64,000 nucleotides of DNA from a virus. Lineage: Duplodnaviria > Caudoviricetes. Below the pieces are notes generated by a model. It was not told the origin of the DNA, made no database searches, and was given only the letters and a program-made list of their open reading frames with translations. Location of the stretch: the IMG/VR virus record IMGVR_UViG_3300028591_000183, positions 10,239-74,238 of that record. One strand, written 5' to 3'. A program made the position numbers and the translations under genes. Below are positions 51,879-61,138 of this stretch, piece after piece (position 1 is the stretch's first letter; the number at the start of each line of letters is the position of its first letter).

Positions 51879-52200
51879 GTAATATGGTGTGTTTAAAGAA
51901 GTCGTAATCTAGTAGTCGATAACCGAACACTTAATAATCTAGGCTAAACTAAATCTCAATAGTGGTACGGAGAGGACTAAACGTGGAGATTGTGAATCGT
52001 CCCAAACGTCACGAAAAGAAGATTACCATATTACCTTATAAGTGATGGAGATGCCGTTCTTAAACAGATACTAATGGCGATAAGTTGTTAGGGGCAAAGA
52101 GAACGTATACTAGGTGTATCTGCCATCAAAGTCCATATAGACGGGGCGTAGGAGGGAAACGCCGAAGCAACACCTACAAAGGACTATAAATACGGTGATT
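51879..52200 (+). ncRNA. Unidentified structured RNA(s) directly after tRNA-Gln
   Basis: GTAATATGGT/ACCATATTAC 10-bp closure; GATGG-AGATGC/GTATCT-G-CCATC; AGTCC/GGACT with competing GGCGT/ACGCC and GTAGG/CCTAC. Confidence 0.45.
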
Positions 52201-52235
52201 GGGTGGCAATGCTTGGTCTTAAATCAGACAAGGTT

Positions 52236-52312
52236 AGGGCGGTAGCTCAGTTGGCTAGAGAGAATTGGTTTGAAAACCTTTTGAGTCGCAGGTTCGAGTC
52301 CTGCTCGTCCTA
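52236..52312 (+). tRNA. tRNA-like gene (Phe-like) with aberrant anticodon arm
   Basis: AGGGCGG/TCGTCCT acceptor, GCTC D stem, GCAGG-TTCGAGT-CCTGC; anticodon arm 20 nt instead of 17, containing TTGAAAA. Confidence 0.55.
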
Positions 52313-52554
52313 TTGCACATGAACGGTGTGCAACCCAACAAAGAATCATCCCGACAGTATTATTTATTTACTATTGGATAAACGCTGTTAAAAAACTTGC
52401 TTACATTTGTAACTGTTCTGTTACCAATAGAACAGAACCGATAACGCATTTAGTGTTTATTGTCTATGGCAACATCATGTAAGCTATATGTCTAAGTTAC
52501 AACCCATTGTTTTTGTCAGACCCGACTTTAGATGGGGGTTTATAAGACATATTT

Positions 52555-52644
52555 GCGAGGGTAGTTCAAAAGGTTAAGAACACGCCAATACCTACGGTCG
52601 CTTGGCTTGTAAAAGGAATCTGAGTTCGATTCTCAGCCCTCGAT
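52555..52644 (+). tRNA. tRNA-like gene with 13-nt anticodon loop
   Basis: CGAGGG/CCCTCG acceptor, GTTC/GAAC D stem, GCCAA/TTGGC stem with 13-nt loop, CTGAG-TTCGATT-CTCAG. Confidence 0.55.
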
Positions 52645-52922
52645 TCAGCTTGGATACGCCCCAAGTTGACACAACATTTAATGCATCTTTAGCCGATGTA
52701 TTGCTAAACCTCTAGGTCTTTAAGGTGTTAAAGCCTTATAGACCATTAGGAACTATTCTAGTTCCTCCTTCATGATTGAGGGTGGCAGAAACCCATCCTT
52801 TCTGTCGCCCATTAGCCCGAAAGGGCGAGTGTTCGTTAGGGAGCATTGACAGGGTTGTTGGTGCTTAGACAAGCCCCCTTCGCTCATATAAGTATCAACA
52901 GCCCAACCTCAAAGGAGAAGAT

Positions 52923-53291
52923 ATGGAAATCGCAGAAGTAGTAAGTGCTTTTAATTTATCCGATATAGGAGATTTTTCAGACGGGTATCATACCTTTAAT
53001 CAGCTTTATCATCAAAGGGCTGTTCTTTTTGCTACAATCGTAAATCAAAATCCCGATATATCATGGAAATCACTTCGTCATGGTGATGGAAAGTTTTGTT
53101 TTGACAGCGAAGGAGAGTGGTTTATTGTCGGAATTGACACTCCCGAAGGGACATACACTTATCACTACGAAACTGCGAAGTATTTTGATATGTTCCATTG
53201 CAAGGAAGTGATGTATGCTCCTATGTGGGATGGACATACTGAAAAAGACGTTACAAGATTACTGAGTTTGGAGAAAAGGAATGAAAATTAA
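52923..53291 (+). CDS. Conserved phage protein with WDGH motif
   Basis: SDGYHTFNQLYHQR...WFIVGIDTPEG.YTYHY...WDGHT. Confidence 0.7.
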   Translation: MEIAEVVSAFNLSDIGDFSDGYHTFNQLYHQRAVLFATIVNQNPDISWKSLRHGDGKFCFDSEGEWFIVGIDTPEGTYTYHYETAKYFDMFHCKEVMYAPMWDGHTEKDVTRLLSLEKRNEN

Positions 53292-53709
53292 AATCAGATA
53301 CGCCGATAAAGAAATAGACAGGCTTGAAAAGATTTCTGTGGGTGACCTTATTGACCTGCGCTGTGCAGAAGATGTTGATATGAAACAGGGTGAGTATAAA
53401 CTTATTTCGCTTGGTGTAGCTATGAAGCTCCCCGAAGGATATGAAGCTCATGTATATGCGAGAAGCAGTACACCGAAAAAACATGGAATAATGGTTGCTA
53501 ATTCAGTTGGAATAATAGATTCTAGCTACTGCGGTAACAATGATATTTGGCAGATGCCCGCTTATGCTATCCGTGATACTCATATAGACAAGAACACAAG
53601 AATAGCACAGTTTAGGATTGTTAAAAATCAACCCGAAATCGAGTTTGAAGAAGTAGAAGAACTTGAAGATGCAGACAGAGGTGGTATTGGTTCTACGGGA
53701 GTCAAATAA
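53281..53709 (+). CDS. dut: Trimeric dUTPase
   Basis: IDL, ARSS, GIIDSSYCG, RIAQF, RGGIGSTG. Confidence 0.92.
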   Translation: MKIKIRYADKEIDRLEKISVGDLIDLRCAEDVDMKQGEYKLISLGVAMKLPEGYEAHVYARSSTPKKHGIMVANSVGIIDSSYCGNNDIWQMPAYAIRDTHIDKNTRIAQFRIVKNQPEIEFEEVEELEDADRGGIGSTGVK

Positions 53710-53888
53710 TGAGTGGGATGTATGAATGTTTTCATTGCTGTACTAAATCTGTAATATGGGATAATGATTTCAGTTATGAGGATATGGGGTACGAGGGCGA
53801 GGGAATAGTCCATATCTGCCATTGTACGAACTGTGGAGCTGAAATTGAATATCGAGTTCCATTAGATGAAGGGGAAAATGATGCTTAA
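53709..53888 (+). CDS. Small cysteine-rich protein (59 aa, not in ORF track)
   Basis: MSGMYECFHCCTKSVIWDNDF...CHCTNCGAEIEY; overlaps the dut stop codon. Confidence 0.6.
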   Translation: MSGMYECFHCCTKSVIWDNDFSYEDMGYEGEGIVHICHCTNCGAEIEYRVPLDEGENDA

Positions 53889-54280
53889 TGGATATTGTCT
53901 TATTGCAAGGGATTATAAAGCAGAGATAGTTGAATTTCAGACTATATCCATTGTAAATATGCCCGATGATTCTAAACTTTATTTAGTCCACACTAAGTAT
54001 GGTGATGATTACAAGAACGAATCTGATTTATCACCTACTAGGGAGAGGTTTGAAGAAGAGTGCAAAGCAATCAATGAATCGTTTGCTAAGATTAAGGGGG
54101 ATGAACGTGGAGCAGAAAAACGGATATATAAGCCAAGATAATATTGGCAGGAGATGGGTAGTATGTCCCTACTGCCAAAAAAGAATTATACAGCTTCGGA
54201 GTGACACGCAGAGAGTGAATCTCCCGTATAAATGTAAGAACAATCGTTGTAAACAGATATTTATGATAAACGTGTAAAGT

Positions 54281-54330
54281 AGAGCCTTATGAGCCGATTA
54301 TTCCGTAACAGGAATAGTCGGTTTTTCTTT
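54281..54330 (+). promoter_or_regulatory. GAGCC-GAGCC hairpin element (copy 3), upstream of terS
   Basis: AGAGCC-ttat-GAGCCGATTATTCC...GGAATAGTCGGT-TTTTCTTT. Confidence 0.65.
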
Positions 54331-54340
54331 TGGAGGATTT

Positions 54341-54928
54341 ATGGCACATTACGGAAAAAAGCGTGGTGTTGATTATGATGGAGAAAAAATGTCCCTTGAT
54401 GAAAAGCGTAGGCAATGGAATATTGACCTTGCTTCAAGGACACTTGAAAACATGTTTGGACAGGTAGAAGTTGGTGATGATGTAATTATTCATAATCTCA
54501 AAAGGAAACGTGTCACATATACTCCACAAACATTGTATGAGAAAGCGCAGGAATATTTTGAGAATATTGTTGATGCGAATAAAGAAGGGGTGACTATTAT
54601 CCCCGATATTGAGGATTTTTGCGTATTTGCGCATATATCAAGAGATATGTTTATGAAATATAGACGTTCTGATGATGCAGAAATGGCAGGAGTGGCAAAC
54701 AATATTGCCACAGCTATTGCTAGTTGTAAGAAACAGAATGCTTATGCAGGACTAATTAACCCGATATCATTTGCTATGGATATGAATAATAACCATGATT
54801 ATGTTCAATCTAAGACAGAAGCGACGATTAACTCTAACTTCTCTTTAAAACAGATAGAAACAAATGTAGAGGATATAGCAAGTCGCTTACCTGTAGAAGA
54901 TATAAAGCGATTAAAAGGGGATAAATAA
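54341..54928 (+). CDS. terS: Terminase small subunit
   Basis: TPQTLYEKAQEYF...PDIEDFCVFAHISR; upstream of terL. Confidence 0.65.
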   Translation: MAHYGKKRGVDYDGEKMSLDEKRRQWNIDLASRTLENMFGQVEVGDDVIIHNLKRKRVTYTPQTLYEKAQEYFENIVDANKEGVTIIPDIEDFCVFAHISRDMFMKYRRSDDAEMAGVANNIATAIASCKKQNAYAGLINPISFAMDMNNNHDYVQSKTEATINSNFSLKQIETNVEDIASRLPVEDIKRLKGDK

Positions 54929-54939
54929 AGGGGGTAATT

Positions 54940-55260
54940 ATGTCAAAATCCATAACTGTAGCTAGTAAATTTTCAGAGGAAGAACTTGATAGGATTGATT
55001 GGTTTGTAAAGAAAAATGAAACTACAAGAAGTGCGCTTTTTCATGACCTTGTAATGCAGGGTGTAAGTGGTGAAGTCCAAACTAATCATGATATTCCTGC
55101 CAATGTAAAAGAAGTAACTTTCCGTTTCACGGAAGACTTTGCTTATTTTTGGAAGGACAGAGAGTATAAGGGAATCATCAATGGGGATGATGCTAGTGTG
55201 TATTTTGGAGGGGAATGGAAGTCGTATAGACTTAAAGACCTTCCCGTGGAGGTTGTATGA
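54940..55260 (+). CDS. RHH/CopG-like DNA-binding protein
   Basis: SITVASKFSEEELDRID...TTRSALFHDLV. Confidence 0.5.
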   Translation: MSKSITVASKFSEEELDRIDWFVKKNETTRSALFHDLVMQGVSGEVQTNHDIPANVKEVTFRFTEDFAYFWKDREYKGIINGDDASVYFGGEWKSYRLKDLPVEVV

Positions 55261-55616
55261 AATTTTCAGTAGGTATTGTTAATGGGGCTAAAGTAGTTCC
55301 GTTAAGTGAAGTTGAAAAGTTAGTTGAGGAACTTAATGCCTATAAGATTGCCAATAAAAACTTACAGACTATGCTCGATATAGCTTTATCGGCAAAGGGG
55401 GAGAAAAGTGTTTCTAAGGACGCAGAATGATGACGCTATTGTAGACCTTGATAAGTTTACAGCTATTGTAGCGGAAGATGGAAAAGTTTTTATACATTTG
55501 TATGACGGAAATAGCCTACTTGCAGGAGAGTATAAAGACCAAGAAAGGGCAAAAGAGGTCTTGCAGGAAATATATGCGACTCTTGATGTTATGAGTAGGT
55601 ATGAGATGCCTGTAGT

Positions 55617-57281
55617 ATGACAAATAAAGAGATAATCGAAAAACTTGAAAATTCATCTGATTTAAGGAAAAACCCTAAAAGACTTAAAGACTTTATCGAG
55701 ATGGGACAGAATATTTTCTTGATGGAGAATAATTTTAAAGAGGGAAAAAGGATTTGTCTTAAGGGTAGAGATATTGCTTTAAAAAAGGCATATAAAGATG
55801 CTACTTTTTACGAAGAATATCTAATAGCATTAAAATACCTAGCAAGATATTTTAATGATTTTGATTCTTATATGATTTTCTTGGAGTGTAAAAGGGATGC
55901 AGAAGCGCAGTTTTATTTACCTAGAAGGGAAATCTTGAAAAATAAGCTAAATGTTGTTCAAGGTTTTCAAGATATCTTGGACGATAAGTTAGATATCCTT
56001 ACTGTTTCACTTCCTGCGGGGGTAGGAAAGACAACGCTTTGCGAGTTTTTCTTATCTTACTATATGGGGCTTTATCCCGATAAGTGTAACCTATATGTTT
56101 CATATACGGGTACAATTACAGATATGTTCCACAGGGCTATGTGTGACATTATTTTAAGCGGAGAATATGCATGGCATGAAGTATTTCCGAATGTTGTGCT
56201 TGAATCTAAATCTGATAAAGAAAAGTATATCAATTTAGGTTCGTTTAAACCGTTCAAATCTCTTACGTGCCGTTCTATAGATGCTTCAATGACAGGTGTA
56301 ACGAGAGCGGAAGGTGTCATAATAAGTGATGACCTTGTATCGGGTACAGAAGAAGCATTGAATGTACAGCGACTTGAAAATCTGTATCAGAAATATGTGA
56401 ATGATGCTAAGTCAAGACGTAAGAAGGGCTGTAAAGAAATCTCTATTGCTACAAGATGGTCTGTTCATGACCCTATAGGACACTTCATTTTAGAAAATGA
56501 AGGAAATGATAGAGCGAGATTTATAGCTATACCGTGCTACGATGAAAAAGGCAGGAGTAATTTTGATTATAAGTATGACAAGGGTTTTGATACGGCATAC
56601 TTTAAAGAGATGCAAAATGTTATGGATGAAATAACATTTAGGTGTATGTATTTATCTGACCCTATCGAGAGAGAAGGACTTCTGTATCGTAAAGAAGAAT
56701 TGTCATTTTATTTGGGTGGACTTCCTGTTGATGATAAGGGAAACACACAAGAACCCGATGCTATTTTAGGGGTATGTGATACAAAAGACACAGGAATGGA
56801 TTTTAACTGTTTGCTTGTTGTATATCAATACGGACAGAAATATTATCTTGAAGATTTAGTTTATGATAATGGTTCGCCGTATATCTTGGATGAATTAAAT
56901 GCAAACTGCCTTGTAAAAAACAAAGTTCAGATGTGTCAATTTGAATCGAATAAAGAAGGTTCAAGGACAGGTAATGAGGTTCAGAAACTTATTGATGAAC
57001 GTGGTGGCAGGTGTACGATTGAAAAGAAGTATACAACTGCAAATAAAGAAACTAAGATAATTGTTAATTCAGATTGGGTAAAGAAGCATGTTATTTTTAA
57101 AGATGAATCTGAACAAAGTGAAATGTATCGTAAATTTATGCGGAGTGTTTATTCTTATGTTCAGATGGGTAAAAATAAACATGATGATAGTGTAGATGCT
57201 TTAGCTATGCTTGCTCTTTATATTCAATCTTTTGAAGGTGCTGTTGTTGAAGTTGTAAGTAGAAGAAGTTTAGGATTTTAA
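55617..57281 (+). CDS. terL: Terminase large subunit
   Basis: SLPAGVGKT Walker A, IISDDLV, ATRW, C-terminal nuclease with KHDDSVDA. Confidence 0.9.
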   Translation: MTNKEIIEKLENSSDLRKNPKRLKDFIEMGQNIFLMENNFKEGKRICLKGRDIALKKAYKDATFYEEYLIALKYLARYFNDFDSYMIFLECKRDAEAQFYLPRREILKNKLNVVQGFQDILDDKLDILTVSLPAGVGKTTLCEFFLSYYMGLYPDKCNLYVSYTGTITDMFHRAMCDIILSGEYAWHEVFPNVVLESKSDKEKYINLGSFKPFKSLTCRSIDASMTGVTRAEGVIISDDLVSGTEEALNVQRLENLYQKYVNDAKSRRKKGCKEISIATRWSVHDPIGHFILENEGNDRARFIAIPCYDEKGRSNFDYKYDKGFDTAYFKEMQNVMDEITFRCMYLSDPIEREGLLYRKEELSFYLGGLPVDDKGNTQEPDAILGVCDTKDTGMDFNCLLVVYQYGQKYYLEDLVYDNGSPYILDELNANCLVKNKVQMCQFESNKEGSRTGNEVQKLIDERGGRCTIEKKYTTANKETKIIVNSDWVKKHVIFKDESEQSEMYRKFMRSVYSYVQMGKNKHDDSVDALAMLALYIQSFEGAVVEVVSRRSLGF

Positions 57282-57289
57282 GGAAAGAT

Positions 57290-57793
57290 ATGACTTTTGG
57301 AGAATGGGTAAGACGAATTTCAAAGGAAACTGATTCAAAAATTCCGTATGCTTTAGTAAGAGATATTATGGCAACGGGTATTAGGATTATTGTGGAAGAA
57401 TTTTTAATAAATCCCGCAGAAGCCGATTTTGAAATTTTAGGTATTGGGAGATTTTATTTAAATCATAGAATCTGCCATAATAATTTTCCTGTTGATGAAG
57501 ATGGTGAGTATAAAGCATATTGGACGATACAATTTAAACCTTCAAACATATTAAAAGCTGTATTGAATGGGAAAAAAGACCCACATGAAATGTTGTTGGG
57601 TTATAAGACTCCTTTATATCCCGATTTCATTTATGACGAAAATGGAAAAGCAAAAAGAGGTCAAGATAAGGGAAAACTTGGAAATTATAAAGTTCAATAT
57701 GAGGTAAAGGTTATACAAAGCTATCGTACACTTTATCGGAAAGCAATGAAAGAAGCCTTGAAAAATAATTTACCAAAGGAAAAAGATGAATAA
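57290..57793 (+). CDS. HU/IHF-like DNA-binding protein
   Basis: ILGIGRFY...IQFKPSNILKAVLN. Confidence 0.5.
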   Translation: MTFGEWVRRISKETDSKIPYALVRDIMATGIRIIVEEFLINPAEADFEILGIGRFYLNHRICHNNFPVDEDGEYKAYWTIQFKPSNILKAVLNGKKDPHEMLLGYKTPLYPDFIYDENGKAKRGQDKGKLGNYKVQYEVKVIQSYRTLYRKAMKEALKNNLPKEKDE

Positions 57794-57995
57794 TATATTC
57801 GGGGAAAATCTGAAAAGAATACGGGAAGAAAAAGGTGTATCACAACGAGAATTGGCTAGGAAAATATCAATCAGTATCCCTAATATTAGCAGGTGGGAAA
57901 ATGGTAAAGCATACCCGCAGGTTATATGGGTTTATAGGATTGCAGAAGTATTAAAGATAACTCCCGAAGAATTGGTGGGGTTACATAATACGTAA
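57786..57995 (+). CDS. XRE-family HTH protein
   Basis: FGENLKRIREEKGVSQRELA...ISRWENG. Confidence 0.9.
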   Translation: MNNIFGENLKRIREEKGVSQRELARKISISIPNISRWENGKAYPQVIWVYRIAEVLKITPEELVGLHNT

Positions 57996-58034
57996 CCCCT
58001 TCTTTTTATTGGTAAACCTTGATAAACTTTATGT

Positions 58035-58078
58035 AGAGCCAAAGAGCCGAGTACATTGTACTTTGGCTCTTATTTTTT
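58035..58078 (+). promoter_or_regulatory. GAGCC-GAGCC hairpin element (copy 4), upstream of portal
   Basis: AGAGCC-aaa-GAGCCGAGTAC-att-GTACTTTGGCTCT-TATTTTTTT. Confidence 0.65.
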
Positions 58079-58089
58079 TGGAGGTAGAT

Positions 58090-59646
58090 ATGCTGATACC
58101 ATCTGTAGTATTTAATACGGATTCTGAATATGGACGCATAAAGATATTTACAGATGCAGATGAAATAACAGAAGCCAACGTGGTTGAGATTTTTAACACA
58201 GCGTATGACCTGCACCAAAATAACGCTATAAAAGAGGATTGGCTTTTTGCGTATGAGCGTGGCAAGCAAGCGATTTTGGATAGGGTTAAACCTATTAGGT
58301 CTGATATAAACGAGAAACTTGTTATCAATAAGGCATCACAAATTGTAGATATCCATGTTGGTTATTGTTTTGGAAATCCCATTACGTATGTACAGCGTGG
58401 GAAAGTAGAAGATGACGGACGAAAGCCCGAAACCACAAGTGATGATGATAACAGCTATATTGCCATGATAAACAAAATGATGGCAGAGCAGGGTAAAGCT
58501 AAGAAGGATGTTGAGCTTGCCCGTGACTATATGATATGCGGTCTTGGTTATCAGATGGTTTGGAAAAATGATAATGAAAGTCATTATTCACCATTTAAGA
58601 TAACAACGCTGAATCCACGTACAACATTTGTTGTTTATAAGAATGACGCTTTCAGAGAACCAATGATGGGATGTACATATTTCATCAATGCTGATGGAAG
58701 TATCACGGCAACAATGTATACGAAACATCTCTGTTTTAAGCTGAATAAGTTCGTTACGGAGGATGGTAAGTATCAAGGCTTAGAAGTAACGCCTAACCTT
58801 TTGGGAGAAATCCCGATTGTTGAATTTGAACATGTAGACAGGATGGGCGTGTTTGAAAAGGTTATTTCAATTCTTGATAGGGCTAACGTTCTTAATTCAG
58901 ATAGAGTTAACGATGTTGCTCAACATGTTCAATCATTGTTATGGCTACATAACTGCATGATTGATGATGATAAAAAGAAAAAGCTGATTGATGGTGACGG
59001 AGTTATCGTTACTAAATCGAATGGTGATGGTAAAGAAGCTAAGATAGCGTATTTGTCACAGGTTTTGAATCAATCAGAAGTGCAGACATTTGCAGATTTC
59101 TTGTACAGGCAGGTAGAGGAAATAACTTCTACTCCGTCATGGCAAGAAGCTAGTGGTGGTTCTACTACAGGAGCTATGCAGTTGTCTAATGGATGGCAGA
59201 GTTTGGAGCTTTCTGCTAAGAGCGTTGAACAATCATTTAGAGAACCCGAACTACAGATACTTAGACTTGTAGCGAAGGTTATTGAAAATGATAACCGTGG
59301 ATACATGAAGGTTAAAAAGATTGATGTTTCTGACATTGATATAGCAATGCCTAGAAATAAGAATTATGACCTGTTATCTAAGACAAATGCGTTGGCGACA
59401 ATGATTAACACGGGTGTTGATGGACTTTGGGCTTTCCAAACTGTAGGACTATTCTCTGATGCAGAACAGGCTTACATGGATTCTGAAAAGACCATAACAG
59501 CTTTACAGAAATCAAAAACAGAAAAGCCACAGAACAACGCTGATGCAAGTACGAGTGAAGATGGTAAAGGTGGGGCTAATAATGAGCCAACCGAGAAAGT
59601 TGATGAATCTGTACAGCCATCACAAGTAGCACAAGTTGAGGATTAA
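58090..59646 (+). CDS. Portal protein (SPP1 gp6-like)
   Basis: NEKLVINKASQIVD..VGYCFGNPITY; LGEIPIVEF; size and position. Confidence 0.9.
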   Translation: MLIPSVVFNTDSEYGRIKIFTDADEITEANVVEIFNTAYDLHQNNAIKEDWLFAYERGKQAILDRVKPIRSDINEKLVINKASQIVDIHVGYCFGNPITYVQRGKVEDDGRKPETTSDDDNSYIAMINKMMAEQGKAKKDVELARDYMICGLGYQMVWKNDNESHYSPFKITTLNPRTTFVVYKNDAFREPMMGCTYFINADGSITATMYTKHLCFKLNKFVTEDGKYQGLEVTPNLLGEIPIVEFEHVDRMGVFEKVISILDRANVLNSDRVNDVAQHVQSLLWLHNCMIDDDKKKKLIDGDGVIVTKSNGDGKEAKIAYLSQVLNQSEVQTFADFLYRQVEEITSTPSWQEASGGSTTGAMQLSNGWQSLELSAKSVEQSFREPELQILRLVAKVIENDNRGYMKVKKIDVSDIDIAMPRNKNYDLLSKTNALATMINTGVDGLWAFQTVGLFSDAEQAYMDSEKTITALQKSKTEKPQNNADASTSEDGKGGANNEPTEKVDESVQPSQVAQVED

Positions 59647-59648
59647 CC

Positions 59649-60335
59649 ATGAGTCCTGCACTATATTTTGCTGTAATGCTGATAACTGAGCCACAGAAAG
59701 CTAGAAGGATTCTGTTGGCAGAGGAACTTGAAAATTGGTTCATGGATTTATTCGATGATGAATTTGAGGATATCTTGGAAGGTAATTTTAAGGATAACCA
59801 AAGCGAATACGTGAGCCGTATTGTTGATAAATACCTTGAAATAACAAACGTGGAAGATAATCCTTCGGACGAGTATTCAAGGTCTGTTATAGAAAAGGCG
59901 GTCAAGACCGCTACAGAAATACAGGAAACCACTTGGAAAAATATCGTAACTATCCCGTTAAGGGAAGATACGGATGAAGATGTGTTAGCTGATTTTATAG
60001 TGAATGGAATTGCTATTGGAAGTGCGCTGTTTGCTACGGATAGCGTAAGGAGATGGCTTGGCAGAGATAGAGCCAACTTGATTGCGCTGAATGAAGCTAA
60101 TTGGAAGTGGAATAACGAGGAATACTTTGATGCCTTGTCAAGTAATAAAACAAAAACTTGGCATACGGCATTGGATGAACGGGTACGACTCACACACATG
60201 GCATTAGAAGGGGAAACAATAGCCGTAGATGAAATGTTTAATGTTGGCGGTTTTCCTGCGAGATATCCTTTAGATATTTCGCTACCCGCCCATGAGATTG
60301 TGAATTGTAGATGTTCTGTAAGTTATGGTAAATAG
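59649..60335 (+). CDS. Head morphogenesis protein (Mu F-like)
   Basis: KTWHTALDERVRLTH...EIVNCRCS. Confidence 0.85.
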   Translation: MSPALYFAVMLITEPQKARRILLAEELENWFMDLFDDEFEDILEGNFKDNQSEYVSRIVDKYLEITNVEDNPSDEYSRSVIEKAVKTATEIQETTWKNIVTIPLREDTDEDVLADFIVNGIAIGSALFATDSVRRWLGRDRANLIALNEANWKWNNEEYFDALSSNKTKTWHTALDERVRLTHMALEGETIAVDEMFNVGGFPARYPLDISLPAHEIVNCRCSVSYGK

Positions 60336-60365
60336 GCTAAACGCCTTTTACATAGATACTGTAGT

Positions 60366-60414
60366 ACGGCAGAGAAGCCGTTTAAATCGCCAACTTGTTA
60401 GAGAAAACAAGTTG
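60366..60414 (+). promoter_or_regulatory. Twin hairpins with identical AGAGAA loops upstream of scaffold gene
   Basis: ACGGC-AGAGAA-GCCGT; CAACTTGTT-AGAGAA-AACAAGTTG. Confidence 0.55.
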
Positions 60415-60449
60415 TAAAAAATCAAAAAAACGCAAAGGAGAAATTGAAT

Positions 60450-61124
60450 ATGGGTAATGACAATCAGAACGGAACTGTAAACGGAACAGAAGCACAGGCA
60501 CAGCAGACTAATCCGCAGACCAATCCGCAGACTAATCCTGCTCAACCTGCACAGGCAGAGCCACAGGGAACTACGGGCAAGGAAGATACTACTCCTAGCT
60601 TGGCAGACCTTATGAAAGAGAATGCAGAGCTTAAAGTTGATAACAGGCGACTTAAGAAAGCAAACGATTCTATTTCATCTGAAATTGCAAACATTAAGAA
60701 ACAGCTTAATGCGAAGATGACAGAGGAAGAACTTAAGGCTCAACAGAAGTCTGAGCAGGATGAAACTGTGTTAAATGAGCTTAAAGAGCTTCGTAAGGAA
60801 GTAGCTCTGACAAAGGCTACTAAGAGATATATGTCAATGAAGATGCCCGAAGATTTGGCTGAAAAAGTCGCACAGGCAGAGCTTGACGGAGATATGGACT
60901 TAGTAACACAGAGCATTAACTCCTTCATGGACGCACAACAGAAGGAAACTGAGGAAAAGGTCAAGGCAGATATTTATGCTAAGATGCCTACCCCTGTTTC
61001 GGGAAATGGTGACGGACAGGTTGATTACGAAAAGCAGTACAAGGAAAAGCTCGATGCAGGTGATATAACAGGTGCTATCCATGCACAGCTTATGGCATCG
61101 GCGCAAAAAGTAGCTAACCAATAA
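60450..61124 (+). CDS. Capsid scaffolding protein (DUF4355-like)
   Basis: Low-complexity N-terminus, coiled coil, position before the major capsid gene. Confidence 0.75.
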   Translation: MGNDNQNGTVNGTEAQAQQTNPQTNPQTNPAQPAQAEPQGTTGKEDTTPSLADLMKENAELKVDNRRLKKANDSISSEIANIKKQLNAKMTEEELKAQQKSEQDETVLNELKELRKEVALTKATKRYMSMKMPEDLAEKVAQAELDGDMDLVTQSINSFMDAQQKETEEKVKADIYAKMPTPVSGNGDGQVDYEKQYKEKLDAGDITGAIHAQLMASAQKVANQ

Positions 61125-61138
61125 GGAGGAAATGAAAA

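Noticed and set aside
52135-52190. RNase P RNA (AAAGUCC motif)
   Set aside because: AGTCC pairs locally with GGACT and the other conserved RNase P regions were not found
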